From a virus, in IMG/VR virus record IMGVR_UViG_3300036790_000060, positions 8,836 through 72,835 of that record: DNA of 64,000 nucleotides, one strand, 5' to 3'. Position 1 is the stretch's first letter; each line of letters begins with the position of its first letter. The notes beneath the pieces were generated by a model. The model did not search any database, had not been told where the DNA came from, and was given only the letters and a program-made list of their open reading frames with translations. The translations under genes were made by a program, and so were the position numbers. Shown in pieces: positions 38,759-49,280 of the stretch.

Positions 38759-40668
38759 TCGCTATTTTTATCATCGGGCTCACGGCGTTCGCCGGAAAGG
38801 CGGAGGCGCAGTGCGCGCTGACGAACCTGACGGCCTGCCCGTCGCCGCCGCTAAACGCGGTCACAGCGGAGTCCATGACGCTGGCTACGCCCTTGGCGAT
38901 ATCAAGCGGGGGGACCGGCGCGACGACGAGCGGAGCCGCCCTGACCGCCCTTGGAGCGATCGGATCAGCGTCCCCAAATTTCACTGGAACTCCGACCGCG
39001 CCCACGGCCGCATCGTGCACGAGCACGACGCAGCTCGCGACGACCGCCTACGTCCTGGGGAACGGCTGCCTCGTCACGCCGAACCTATCGGGCCTCGAAG
39101 CGATATCGACGGCGACCGTATCCACCGTCTACCGAGGCGGCTACGCGACCGTGGGCGACGGCGGACAGGAATGGTATTACGCATCGGGCGGCGCATGCAC
39201 GCTTCATTCCGGCGCGGGCGACAATGGTTCGCAGGTCCCATCCGCGAACGGCAAGTGCTGGATCGCCGCCTTCCCGGCCACGGGTGCTGACATCCGTGCG
39301 TTCGGCGCGGCCGTCGCGACAACCAATAATTCCGTCGCGATCCAGAACTGGGCGAACTACGCCTGCACCGGGAAGCTGATCGCGCCGCAAGGCGTGTTCA
39401 AATTCACGGCCGCGCCGATCGTCTTCCCGGCTTGCAACGGCGGCTCCGTCCAGGGCTCCGGTATGTACGGGACCACGTTCATGTACTCCGGCGCCTCGAC
39501 GACGCCAGACCTGTTCGACTTCGGCGCGGCGTCGAACACCGGATCGCAGGTGCTGGGCTGGACGGTCGATGGCATCAACGTCGACAGCCAGACGCAGATG
39601 ACGGCCGGGACCGCGATCCACCTGATCTTCCTCGTCGCGTCTACGTTCAATAACGTGAACGCTGCCGGGCAATACGGGAACGGCGGGACGTCGCCGCATA
39701 CCTGGAACGGCGTCTGGTGCGATTATTGCTTCGATGTCTATTATAACAACTTCGAGGCGTCGGGCGCCAACGACGGCGTTCGCGCGTCGGGCACCGTGTC
39801 CGCGACCGGCGCCGGGTTTTATCCGTCGAACTGCAAGATCAGCGGTTCGGCGATCGGCTGGCACCAGGGCGGCAACTATGGCGCGATGAACCCGACGAAC
39901 TGCGATATCATCGCGAACGTCGTGAACGTCGAGGTGGACCATTCGATCGTCGCGGCCGGGAACTCGACGAGCATCTTCGACAGCGCCACGGACGTCGACA
40001 CGCCGATAAGTGGGAGTAACATCATCCTGAACGACAGTTCGTTCCAGTCCGGGCAGATGATGGTCTTCAACGGGACGTGGTCCTGTTCCGCCCTGACCGG
40101 CGCCTACGGTCTCTGGGTCGAGAACATGAACGGGCAGAAGGTCATCGCGAACTTCGGCGCGATATGCAATAACCAAGGCGGCGGCATCCGGATCGATGAC
40201 GCGAGTGCCAACGTCTCGGATAATAATGGGCCGGGCATCTATGAGAACGGCGGCTACGGCATCGACGCGACGGTGGTCAATAATCACGTCTATGTGAACG
40301 GCACGCCGATCGGGAATTCGACCGGGCCGTGGACGGCCGACGCGATCCTTGGGACGGTCGGTGGATGCACGACGACGGCGTGCTATACGAAGGACTTCTC
40401 TGGAACGATAACCCAGTATTTCCAGGCGAACTTCACTGGCGCCGCAAGCACGGCATTGCTTAATACGCCGTCCTATCCCATCACGTTCCCCAACGCAGTC
40501 ATTTCCGGAACCTTGGCATGCGTGCCTTACGGCATCAATAACACAAACGCTCTCATGGGGACCGGCGCAGCCATCGCGCCGGGACTGTCCAGTGCCGAGA
40601 TATTCCTCGTCAGCTCGGTTACTGTGACGAACTCCCAGCCCGTCATCTGCCAGATCAAGGGGAACTAA
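38740..40668 (+). CDS. tailspike/fibre with pectate-lyase-like beta-helix and signal-peptide-like N-terminus
   Basis: SPNFTGTPTAPT..QLATTAYV, GYATVGDGG, DIRAFGA, Asn/Gly-rich beta-helix; N-terminus MRISWVIAIFIIGLTAFAGKAEA-Q. Confidence 0.75.
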   Translation: MRISWVIAIFIIGLTAFAGKAEAQCALTNLTACPSPPLNAVTAESMTLATPLAISSGGTGATTSGAALTALGAIGSASPNFTGTPTAPTAASCTSTTQLATTAYVLGNGCLVTPNLSGLEAISTATVSTVYRGGYATVGDGGQEWYYASGGACTLHSGAGDNGSQVPSANGKCWIAAFPATGADIRAFGAAVATTNNSVAIQNWANYACTGKLIAPQGVFKFTAAPIVFPACNGGSVQGSGMYGTTFMYSGASTTPDLFDFGAASNTGSQVLGWTVDGINVDSQTQMTAGTAIHLIFLVASTFNNVNAAGQYGNGGTSPHTWNGVWCDYCFDVYYNNFEASGANDGVRASGTVSATGAGFYPSNCKISGSAIGWHQGGNYGAMNPTNCDIIANVVNVEVDHSIVAAGNSTSIFDSATDVDTPISGSNIILNDSSFQSGQMMVFNGTWSCSALTGAYGLWVENMNGQKVIANFGAICNNQGGGIRIDDASANVSDNNGPGIYENGGYGIDATVVNNHVYVNGTPIGNSTGPWTADAILGTVGGCTTTACYTKDFSGTITQYFQANFTGAASTALLNTPSYPITFPNAVISGTLACVPYGINNTNALMGTGAAIAPGLSSAEIFLVSSVTVTNSQPVICQIKGN

Positions 40669-40669
40669 C

Positions 40670-41572
40670 ATGCCCAAGCTTCTGAAAGCTTGGCTGACAT
40701 CGATCATCCTGGTGTCTAGCCTGCTCGTCATGAAGCAGGCGGTCATCCAGTTCATCCCGAAAGCCTATGCCCAGACCGCGTGCACAGTCACGTCGGTATC
40801 GGCCCTTCAAACCTACTTCTCCGACAGCGCGGCGGCGGGATCGATCGTTCCGGCTTACATCCGGGATATCATCTGTTCCGCCGTCAACTTCAGCCTGACG
40901 CCTACCGGGACCGGATACACGGACTCGATCGGCAACTTCTTCGCTGATCTGTTCACCGGCGCGCCGAATACCCTGCCGCTTTACGCCAGCACGCTCAACG
41001 TTAGTACGGCGCTGGCTGGGGCGGGTTTCACCAACTGGGCATCGTCCCCGCCCCCGATCGGCAACACCGCGCCGAACACCGGTGCGTTCACGACGCTGGC
41101 AGCAACGACCGGATCGATGACCAAGCTTACGCTCAGCGGCGACGACGCGATGACGTACATCAACACGTCAGGTCAGTCGATCCCGAATTCGACCAACACG
41201 ACGATCACCGGATGGACGCTGGTGACCGATCGCCTAGGCGTTAACTTCAACGCCACGACCGGGATATTCACGGCACCGGCTGCCGGGGCTTACGTCATCG
41301 CCGCGAACGTTCTGTTCAACGCGGCGGTGCCAGGTGCCGTGACGGACGTCGTCAACCTTTTGGTCGTGGCGAACGGGACGAACGTTTGCACTGTCAGTCA
41401 CGGCACTGACGGCATTACCAACACGGTCTACGGCGCCGAGATGCCGGCGTGCTTATTCACGCTGCTGGCGGGACAGACGGCGCAGATCGAAGTCGCTCAT
41501 AACTTCGGCTCGGCCGAAACGCTCAGCACGACGTCGCCGTTCATCCACTTTTCACTCTGGCAGGTGCCCTGA
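40670..41572 (+). CDS. C1q-like domain fibre protein with hydrophobic N-terminus
   Basis: FNATTGIFTAPAAGAYVIAANV; IGNTAPNTGAFTTL. Confidence 0.65.
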   Translation: MPKLLKAWLTSIILVSSLLVMKQAVIQFIPKAYAQTACTVTSVSALQTYFSDSAAAGSIVPAYIRDIICSAVNFSLTPTGTGYTDSIGNFFADLFTGAPNTLPLYASTLNVSTALAGAGFTNWASSPPPIGNTAPNTGAFTTLAATTGSMTKLTLSGDDAMTYINTSGQSIPNSTNTTITGWTLVTDRLGVNFNATTGIFTAPAAGAYVIAANVLFNAAVPGAVTDVVNLLVVANGTNVCTVSHGTDGITNTVYGAEMPACLFTLLAGQTAQIEVAHNFGSAETLSTTSPFIHFSLWQVP

Positions 41573-42540
41573 TGTCTAGCGTCGTATGGGCTAATTTCGC
41601 GGCGACGACTCTAGCCGCATCGATCACATCCACGCAGACGTCGATCACGGTGGTGAACGGATCACTGTTCCCGTCGCCGAGCGGCGGTCAGTTCTTCGCT
41701 CTGGTCCTATCCAGCGCCACCCTGGCGAACACCAACGAGATCACCTACTGCACCGCGCGCAGCACCAACACGCTGACGATCGTCCGCGCCCAGGAGGGGA
41801 CGTCCGGCCTGGCGTTTAACGCGGGCGATAACGCGGCGAACCTCGTGACCGCCGGGACGCTAACCCAGGGGCGGCTCCTGAACGTCCAGGTGTTTAATTC
41901 GTCGGCGACCTATACCCCGACGCCGGGTATGCTGAGCGCGATCGTGGAAGGCGTAGGCGGCGGTGCCGGATGCGGCGGGTGCGGCGCGACGTCGTCATCT
42001 CAGAACGCGGTCGTGGGCGGCGGCGGCGCCGGGTCTTATGGCAAGTCGTTGTTCTCGTCCTCGACGATCGGGGCGAGCCAGGTCATCACCATCGGCGCCG
42101 GTGGTTCGGCGGGCGCAGCTGGGAACAACGCTGGCGGGAACGGTGGAACCACGACGTTCGGCGGCCTGATGTCGATGTCCGGCGGGTTTGGTTCGACCGG
42201 CGGCCCCGCTACCGCGCTGTCCCTCGTCTCGTTCGCGCTGGCGGGCGGGTCGGGCGGCGCGACCGTATCGGGCGCCTCGATCCTATCGGCGATCGGCGGC
42301 AGCGGCGCGACGGGCATCTTCACGAGTTCGGCCGTCATCATCGGCGGCGTCGGTGGCGCAAGTCTTTTCGGATCGACCACGGCCGCTACGGTGACGTCAA
42401 CGAACGCCGTCAGCAATGCTGCGGTGGCAGGTGGTAGCGCTGGAGCTGGAGCATCCGGCGGATCGAACAACACGTCTTGCTCCGCGATACCCGGCGCGAT
42501 CGGCGCGGCTGGTAAGATCATCGTCTACGAGTACGGTTGA
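41572..42540 (+). CDS. glycine-rich tail fibre protein
   Basis: NFAATTLAASI..EITYCT..LTIVRAQEGT; GGG repeats; GKIIVYEY. Confidence 0.75.
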   Translation: MSSVVWANFAATTLAASITSTQTSITVVNGSLFPSPSGGQFFALVLSSATLANTNEITYCTARSTNTLTIVRAQEGTSGLAFNAGDNAANLVTAGTLTQGRLLNVQVFNSSATYTPTPGMLSAIVEGVGGGAGCGGCGATSSSQNAVVGGGGAGSYGKSLFSSSTIGASQVITIGAGGSAGAAGNNAGGNGGTTTFGGLMSMSGGFGSTGGPATALSLVSFALAGGSGGATVSGASILSAIGGSGATGIFTSSAVIIGGVGGASLFGSTTAATVTSTNAVSNAAVAGGSAGAGASGGSNNTSCSAIPGAIGAAGKIIVYEYG

Positions 42541-42559
42541 TATCAAAGGAGTTACCTAA

Positions 42560-43150
42560 GTGAACCTCGCACAAGTTACCGGCGGCGTCGGTCTGAACTT
42601 CGTCGCTCTCTTGCACAACGCTTCCACGATGACGTGGTATTCCGGCACGCAACCCGCGACGCCTGAGACCGTGTTGTCGGGCAACACGTCGCTGGCCGTG
42701 TGGACGATGTCTACCCCGGCGTTCGGCACGCCGTCATACGGCTCGTCGAAGATGACCGCGACCGCGTCGTTCACGTCGGCGACCGTCACGCCCGGCGCGA
42801 GCGGCACCGTCACGTTCGCCCGCGTCACAATGCCGTCCGTCGCCTGGACTGCTTCGCACGCGTACACGTTCGGCACGATCGTCACGAACTCGTCGAACTT
42901 CTACCTCTGCACCGGCGCGGGAACGTCAGCCGCGTCCGGTGGTCCGACCACGACCGCGCAGGGTATCAGTGACGGCACGACCGATCCAGTGACCTGGTGC
43001 TATATCGGTTCGACCTCGGGTCAGGGTAACGTCGTGGCTGACTATACGGTCGGCACGTCCGGCACCGACATCATCGTCGGTTCGACCGCCCTGTCCACCG
43101 GCGTCCCGGTCGACATCACCAGCTTCACGCTTTCGATCCCGGTCGTCTAA
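42560..43150 (+). CDS. virion structural protein
   Basis: YSGTQPATPE, GTVTFAR, VGTSGTD; AAGGAG RBS. Confidence 0.65.
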   Translation: MNLAQVTGGVGLNFVALLHNASTMTWYSGTQPATPETVLSGNTSLAVWTMSTPAFGTPSYGSSKMTATASFTSATVTPGASGTVTFARVTMPSVAWTASHAYTFGTIVTNSSNFYLCTGAGTSAASGGPTTTAQGISDGTTDPVTWCYIGSTSGQGNVVADYTVGTSGTDIIVGSTALSTGVPVDITSFTLSIPVV

Positions 43151-43191
43151 CTCTAGAGACTTCCCGAAGTCGGCAACGAGGTTTTCATAGG

Positions 43192-43596
43192 ATGAGCAGT
43201 TCTTCAGTTATCCCGCCGAACACCTCGGATACCACGTTCTTGGCCGACAGCGTCGCGGTTGCCACGATCGTCCCGGCTGACATACGGCAGGTCAATGACT
43301 CGCTTGCGTCGTTGCCCTTCAGCAGTCAGTCCGGGACAACTTACACGTTCGCGGCGGCGGACTTCGGGACGGTCGTTAGGTTCACCAGCAGTTCGGCGGT
43401 CACGGTCACGATCCCGTCCGGTGTGTTCACCGCTGGGAATGTCGTCTACGGGCGGGCGGAAGGAACCGGCGCGCTTACGATCGTCGCCGGTAGCGGCATG
43501 ACCCTGAACGTTCCGAGCACGCTGGCATTGACACCTGTCCAGTGGGCGACCTGGGCGATACACTTCACGTCAACTTCCGTATCGGTGTTAATGTAA
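43192..43596 (+). CDS. fibre-associated protein
   Basis: QSGTTYTFAAADFG..SSAVTVTIP..GTGALTI. Confidence 0.6.
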   Translation: MSSSSVIPPNTSDTTFLADSVAVATIVPADIRQVNDSLASLPFSSQSGTTYTFAAADFGTVVRFTSSSAVTVTIPSGVFTAGNVVYGRAEGTGALTIVAGSGMTLNVPSTLALTPVQWATWAIHFTSTSVSVLM

Positions 43597-44249
43597 TGCT
43601 ACCGATTGTCATGAACCGTGGCATGCGAAGCTACACCACGAAGTTCCCGGCGACTGAGAACCCCATCTCCGAGAACGGCATCTGGGTAAACGGTGCCGTC
43701 ACCGGGGTGGAATGGTATAATATGCGGACGACGCCGAACCTCGCGTATGGGACGATGCCTGGGAACGGCACCGGCAGCGCCCAATACGCTGATGCGACGG
43801 CCGTGCTCGGCGGCACCTGGGGCGCGAACCAGGACGCATCCGCTACGATCGCCGTGACGTCCGCATCCAGCACCTCTGGCGTTTACGAAGAACTGGAGAT
43901 ACGTCTCCGCACGACGATCACGGCCAACTCGATCACGGGCTACGAGATCAACACGTCGATCGCTACCGGGCAGAACAGCTACATCGAGATCGTGCGGTGG
44001 AACGGCGCGCTCGGTAGCTTCACGATCCTCGGTGAATGGGACGGCGTCGGTTCGTCCGTCAACGGCGACGTGATGCGCGCGACCGCCGTGGGATCGCTGA
44101 TTAGCGTGTACCGGAACGGCACCCTGATCGGGACCGCCACCGACACGACGTATCCGACAGGTTCGCCTGGCATCGGCGCGTTCTTGCAAGGGGCGACCGG
44201 CGTGAACGCGAACTACGGTCTATCCGCATTCTCGGTGACGGCATGGTAG
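43596..44249 (+). CDS. beta-sandwich/lectin-like virion protein
   Basis: ENPISENG.W, GDVMRATAVG..ISVYRNG, GSPGIG. Confidence 0.55.
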   Translation: MLPIVMNRGMRSYTTKFPATENPISENGIWVNGAVTGVEWYNMRTTPNLAYGTMPGNGTGSAQYADATAVLGGTWGANQDASATIAVTSASSTSGVYEELEIRLRTTITANSITGYEINTSIATGQNSYIEIVRWNGALGSFTILGEWDGVGSSVNGDVMRATAVGSLISVYRNGTLIGTATDTTYPTGSPGIGAFLQGATGVNANYGLSAFSVTAW

Positions 44250-45475
44250 GCATCATACTCTCCAGGCAGGACGCGATCGATCAGCGATACGTCGCGCCGT
44301 ATCGACGTGCGAAGTTCTTCGTTCCGAACGTCCTGCCGCATTGGCGCGTGCTTCGCCGGTTGCGGTTCCAAGGCGAGCCGCGCTGGCGCTGCCCGATCTA
44401 CACCATCGTGTACGAGATAACGCCGCTCGGTCAGCCGGGCGACGTGTTGACGTGCTGGGAAGGAAACGCCTTCGAGTGCCCGACGTCGTGGTGGTGGGAC
44501 GACGCGGTGCCATGGTGCTGGTTCACCACGGACTTCCTGACGACACCGACCGGATCGACACAGACTTGGACGTTCGACGTGACGTGGAATAACGCCAATA
44601 ACAGCATCGGCGTCATCGGCGCGGGCGGCGGCGGTGCCGATGGCGTTAACGACTCCGATGGCGCGGGCGGCGGCGGTTACAGCGGGAAGACGAACCTGAC
44701 GCTGACTACGAACGCGACGTGGGAAACCGGGACCGGCGGCGCCGGGTCAACCGCCGGGACGGCAGGCGGTAGCACGTGGTTCAATGGCGCGACGATCGGC
44801 GCCTCTAGCTGCGGCGCGACAGGCGGTGCTGGCGGGTCCGGCTCCGGTACGAACGCGGCGGGCGGGACGGTCAGCGTCGGGACCGGGTCCGCCGGTGGCG
44901 CCGGTGGTAATGGTGCGAACCAGCCGGGTGGTGGAGGCGGTGCGGGTGGCCCTGCCGGCGTCGGCGGTGCGGGCGGCACGGCTGCGGTGGCGTCCTACTA
45001 CGGCGCCGGTGGCGGAGGCGGTGGCGGTGGTTCGGCCGGTGGCGTCGCGGCGGCGGGATCAGCAGGCGCCGGTGGGAACAACCATCTAAGCGCCGGAGGC
45101 GGCGCCGCTGGCGTTACGACCGGCAGCGCTGGAACGGCGGGGACCGCAGGCGGTGGCGGCGGCGCAGGTTCATCCCAGTCTTCGACGGTCCACACGACGC
45201 CTTACGCTGGTGGCGCCGGTGGACCGGGCACGGACTATAGTGCGTCGTTCGGTTCCGGCGGTGGCGGCGGCGCGGCGAGCGCGAATACCGTTGCGCAATC
45301 CACCACGGCGATCGGCGGCGTCGGCGGCGCGTTCGGTGGCGGCGGCGGTTCCTCCGGATGGGCGACGAGCGCCGGTGCGGGTGGCGCCGGGCTGATCGTC
45401 TTGACCTGGACGCCGTCCGGCACCGGGTGGGTGCCTTACAACAGGCCACCACCCATCCAGATATGGGACCATTGA
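44243..45475 (+). CDS. glycine-rich virion protein
   Basis: Long GGAGG tracts; GLIVLTW. Confidence 0.7.
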   Translation: MVGIILSRQDAIDQRYVAPYRRAKFFVPNVLPHWRVLRRLRFQGEPRWRCPIYTIVYEITPLGQPGDVLTCWEGNAFECPTSWWWDDAVPWCWFTTDFLTTPTGSTQTWTFDVTWNNANNSIGVIGAGGGGADGVNDSDGAGGGGYSGKTNLTLTTNATWETGTGGAGSTAGTAGGSTWFNGATIGASSCGATGGAGGSGSGTNAAGGTVSVGTGSAGGAGGNGANQPGGGGGAGGPAGVGGAGGTAAVASYYGAGGGGGGGGSAGGVAAAGSAGAGGNNHLSAGGGAAGVTTGSAGTAGTAGGGGGAGSSQSSTVHTTPYAGGAGGPGTDYSASFGSGGGGGAASANTVAQSTTAIGGVGGAFGGGGGSSGWATSAGAGGAGLIVLTWTPSGTGWVPYNRPPPIQIWDH

Positions 45476-45487
45476 AAAGGATACATC

Positions 45488-45985
45488 ATGCAAGACCAGC
45501 TAGGCGTATGGACGATCCGGGCACCTGCCATGTCGATCACGGCAGGAACCGGCAAGACCGTTATCCAATACGTAGCATCATCGACCAATACCGCAGAGGT
45601 GCTTTACTGGAGCGCGTCTCAAAGTGGCAGTACAACGTCCGCTATGGACGCTTTCGGTCTGATCGTTCCCAGTGCTGCTGCAACGATGGCGGCGGCCGGA
45701 GTATCAACGCCGGGTACAACTGCGACCGTCATCGATATGGCCGGTGGCGCGAGCACGTTGCGTGCTTCGTTATCAACGACGACGATCGGCATCGGGCCGA
45801 CGACGCTATCGACTATCAACGGTGTTCCGAAGAAGTTCAACTTCAATACCTTGGCCGGTTATGAATGGAATGCCCAGCCGAACACTCGGTTATGGGTGCC
45901 GGTGTCGGGTATCATCCAGCTCATCTGCTATGGCATATCGACCGCGACGTGGGACTGCGAACTGGTTATCCGCGAGTCCAAGTAA
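45488..45985 (+). CDS. hypothetical virion protein
   Basis: AAGGA RBS; 165 aa. Confidence 0.6.
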   Translation: MQDQLGVWTIRAPAMSITAGTGKTVIQYVASSTNTAEVLYWSASQSGSTTSAMDAFGLIVPSAAATMAAAGVSTPGTTATVIDMAGGASTLRASLSTTTIGIGPTTLSTINGVPKKFNFNTLAGYEWNAQPNTRLWVPVSGIIQLICYGISTATWDCELVIRESK

Positions 45986-46010
45986 TCCCGTAGTCCGGGA
46001 GGACTGACCC

Positions 46011-48809
46011 GTGACGACGGTTTACAGGCTTCCGACCTTCGCCCCGGTAACAGCGGCGAAACTTCACCCGCCGCTACTGAAGAGCGGACCGGTTGCTGCT
46101 GCTGGCGCGGCAACGATCGGTCCGCGTGGCGCGTTCAGTCCGAAGTTCGATGCCCGGTTCGCGGGCGGCGGCGGCGCGATCCAGGCGCACGCGACGGCAT
46201 CGACCAGCACGAATAACGCGACGGTCGCGCCATCGATCGGCGCCCTGACGTCGCACGGCACGACTACGCAGACCGATGGTGCGACCGGCCACCCGGTGAT
46301 CGGCGCCCTGACCGCAGCCGGCACGACATCGGTCAGCAGCACGACGACCATATACCTCGTCGGTAACGGCACATCGCTCTCGTTCACGCCAGCGGCGACG
46401 GCGACGGCGATCGTTCAATGTTGGGGTGCTGGCGGCGCCGGTAACGCACCGTCGGGCGGTTCCGGCGCTGGCGGTTACTGGTCGAAGCTCAATACCTTCA
46501 GCCTCGTAAGCGGCACGCCGGTCACGTTCACTTTGGGCGCACCCGGCACGACGTCGGGGCAGACCGGCGGCGACACCTGGTGGTCGTCGTCTTCCACGGT
46601 CATCGCGCCGGGCGGCGGGTCATCAACGACCGTCATCGGCAGCTCGTCGAACGCGGGCGGCGCCGGGCAGAGTAGCGGCGGTGCGACCGGCAACCCAGGC
46701 GGCGGCGGCGCGGGTGGCCCCGATGGCGTCGGCGGCGCGGGCGGCGCGGGTAGCAATACGTTCTATACCGCAGCGTCCGGCGGCGGTTCCGATGGCGGCG
46801 GTGCTGGTGCGTCACCCGCCGGTGCGACGGCCGGTGCGATCGGTGGCAATAACTTCGCCGGGTCCGGCGGCGGCGTCGGCGGAACGTCCGGCAGCATCAA
46901 TGGTGGGAACGCGACCGCTGCCGGTGCGGGTGGTGGTGGCGGCTACGGTGCGAACGGCGGGACCGAAGGTATCGGCGGCAACGGTTCGAACAACTTCGAC
47001 CAGGGCGGTGGCGGCGGTGGCGGCGGTGGTTACTCCGGCGGCGCGTCGGCGGCGATCGGCGGCACGGGTGGAACGCCTGGCGGTGGCGGCGGTTACGCAG
47101 ACCCGGTGAATGGCGTCCCGTCCGCTGGGTGGGGCTTGATCAAGCTCACGTATCCCAGCGGTTCGACCGTCACGCAGACATACTACTACGGGACGTATCC
47201 GGGTGCCGCGACCGGTGCCGCGACGATCGGCGCCCTGACCGCTGCCGGCACCGCGTCGTCCACGACCAACATAGCGGTCGGCGCGGCGATCCTCGGTCCG
47301 CAAGGTCCGGCGAACTACCAGTTCGACTTCCAGTTCGAAGGTGGTGGCGGGGCGATCATCGCCGCCGGGACTGCCGTTCAGAACGTTGTGATCGCGACCG
47401 GTGCGCCGGTCATCGGTGCTCTCACTGCGCACGCTACGACCACGCAGACGAACGCGGCGCACGGCACCCCGGCGATCGGCGCCCTGACCGCTTCGGGAAC
47501 GACGATCGAAACGGACCACGCGACCGGTGCGCCGGTCATCGGTGCGTTGACCTCCGCCGGGACGGCTACGCAGACTGACATAGCCACGGCGGCTCCGGTC
47601 GTGGGCGCCTTGACGGCTACCGGAACCACGTCGCAGACGAACCACGCGACGGCCGCGCCGACGATCGGTGCGTTGACGGCCTCAGGCACGACTACCCAGG
47701 CGGACGTCGCGACCGGTGCGACGACGATCGGCACGTTGACGGCTGCCGGCACGACGGCTCAGACGGATCACGCAACGGCCGCGCCGGTGATCGGTGCCCT
47801 GACCGCGCACGGCGTCGTCCCGCTGGTCGCGACCGGGACGCCTACGATCGGCGCCCTGACCGCTTTAGGTTCGACCGGGTCGCAGGTCGTCGCCACCGGA
47901 GCGCCCGTCATCGGCGCGATCACTTCCGCCGGGACTACGACGCAGGTCAACGACGTGACGGCGGCGCCCGCGATCGGCGCGCTGACGGCGTCGGGCACGA
48001 CCGCGCAGACGGACCACGCGACCGGATCGCCAGCGATCGGCGCGCTTACGGCATCCGGCACGACGAGCACCCAGCTTACCGCGACCGGCGCGGCCGTCGT
48101 CGGCGCCCTGACCGCTGCCGGGACGTCCACCCAGACGGACCACGCGACCGGATCGCCAGCGATCGGCGCCGCGACGGCCGCCGGGATCGCGACGCAGACC
48201 GACTCCGCTACGGCCGCTCCGTCCATAAGCGCCATCACAGCCTCTGGGGCGGCTTCACAGACCGATCACGCGACGGCGGCGCCGGTTATCGGCGCCCTGA
48301 CCGCGAACGGCTCAGCGGGGCAGCAGAACGCCGCAACGGCCGCGCCGACGATCGGCGCCCTGACCGCGATCGGCCTAACCGGCGGAACGGCGATAGCGGC
48401 GGCCGTAATCGGCGCCCTGACGGCGTCTGGGACGGTCGCACAGACCGATCGCGCTACGGCGGCGCCGACTATCGGCGCCATGACCGCGAACGGCTCAGCG
48501 GGGCAGCAGGACGTCGCCACGGGGCACCCCGTCCTAGGGGCGATCTTCGCGGCGGCGGTCGCGTCGGCGAAGAACCCGGCCATGGCTGCGGCGTCGATCG
48601 GCGCCCTGACTGCGCTCGGCGTGGCGGCTGGCGCCGGGATCGCCGCGCAGGGTGCCGGCGTCATCGGTTCCGTGACGGCGAAGGCGCGGGCGATCCAGTT
48701 CATGGTGCCGCCGGAGAACCGGATCGCCGTGGCGCGCCAGTCTCGGACGCTATTGCAGAACGCGCCATCATCGACGGCGATAACGGCACCACCCAACCGG
48801 AGAATTTGA
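46011..48809 (+). CDS. long fibre protein: Gly-rich domain plus ~23-aa IGALTA tandem repeats
   Basis: More than 20 copies of AT(G/A)xPxIGALTAxGT..Q. Confidence 0.8.
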   Translation: MTTVYRLPTFAPVTAAKLHPPLLKSGPVAAAGAATIGPRGAFSPKFDARFAGGGGAIQAHATASTSTNNATVAPSIGALTSHGTTTQTDGATGHPVIGALTAAGTTSVSSTTTIYLVGNGTSLSFTPAATATAIVQCWGAGGAGNAPSGGSGAGGYWSKLNTFSLVSGTPVTFTLGAPGTTSGQTGGDTWWSSSSTVIAPGGGSSTTVIGSSSNAGGAGQSSGGATGNPGGGGAGGPDGVGGAGGAGSNTFYTAASGGGSDGGGAGASPAGATAGAIGGNNFAGSGGGVGGTSGSINGGNATAAGAGGGGGYGANGGTEGIGGNGSNNFDQGGGGGGGGGYSGGASAAIGGTGGTPGGGGGYADPVNGVPSAGWGLIKLTYPSGSTVTQTYYYGTYPGAATGAATIGALTAAGTASSTTNIAVGAAILGPQGPANYQFDFQFEGGGGAIIAAGTAVQNVVIATGAPVIGALTAHATTTQTNAAHGTPAIGALTASGTTIETDHATGAPVIGALTSAGTATQTDIATAAPVVGALTATGTTSQTNHATAAPTIGALTASGTTTQADVATGATTIGTLTAAGTTAQTDHATAAPVIGALTAHGVVPLVATGTPTIGALTALGSTGSQVVATGAPVIGAITSAGTTTQVNDVTAAPAIGALTASGTTAQTDHATGSPAIGALTASGTTSTQLTATGAAVVGALTAAGTSTQTDHATGSPAIGAATAAGIATQTDSATAAPSISAITASGAASQTDHATAAPVIGALTANGSAGQQNAATAAPTIGALTAIGLTGGTAIAAAVIGALTASGTVAQTDRATAAPTIGAMTANGSAGQQDVATGHPVLGAIFAAAVASAKNPAMAAASIGALTALGVAAGAGIAAQGAGVIGSVTAKARAIQFMVPPENRIAVARQSRTLLQNAPSSTAITAPPNRRI

Positions 48810-48812
48810 TCG

Positions 48813-49280
48813 ATGTTCGATGATTTTTGTCCTCCGTCGCCGCCCCCGCTATGGTGGCCAATCGCGCAGCCCACGGACTCGAAGCCGTATTCGCTTAGCA
48901 CGTTCCAACAGCTGGAGCCGATTGCTGACGCGATCGTTCAGGTGGAACTGAGCATCAAGCCGTCCGGCATCGGTGAACTCCAGGCGTCCGATCTGACGAC
49001 GTTCATCAACCCGAACTACCCGCTGCAGATGACGGCCTACGATATCGGCGTCAGGCTGACGGGCGGCGTCGCCGGGCGCGAGTACACGATCATGATCATC
49101 GTGACGACGTTCGCCGGCAACGAGTTCACTTACATAATCGGCCTACCCATCTCCAGGGTCCTGGCCTCGTTCCCCCTTCCGCCGTCCCCCAACCCTGGGT
49201 TTGGTCCGGTGCTCACGCTGCAAGGCGCGGCGGCTGCGGCGAGCATCGGATCGCTGACATCTGCGGGAGCGGCTACATGA
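48813..49280 (+). CDS. fibre-tail adaptor-like protein
   Basis: LTGGVAGREYTI; ends with one IGSLTSAG repeat. Confidence 0.55.
   Translation: MFDDFCPPSPPPLWWPIAQPTDSKPYSLSTFQQLEPIADAIVQVELSIKPSGIGELQASDLTTFINPNYPLQMTAYDIGVRLTGGVAGREYTIMIIVTTFAGNEFTYIIGLPISRVLASFPLPPSPNPGFGPVLTLQGAAAAASIGSLTSAGAAT

Noticed and set aside
39085-40755. 556-aa minus-strand ORF opposite the tailspike
   Set aside because: Shadow ORF, rich in Arg/Val/Asp as expected from reverse-strand codon bias.
47200-48700. Diversity-generating retroelement or invertible fibre cassette
   Set aside because: The repeats are protein tandem repeats; no reverse transcriptase or invertase in the window.
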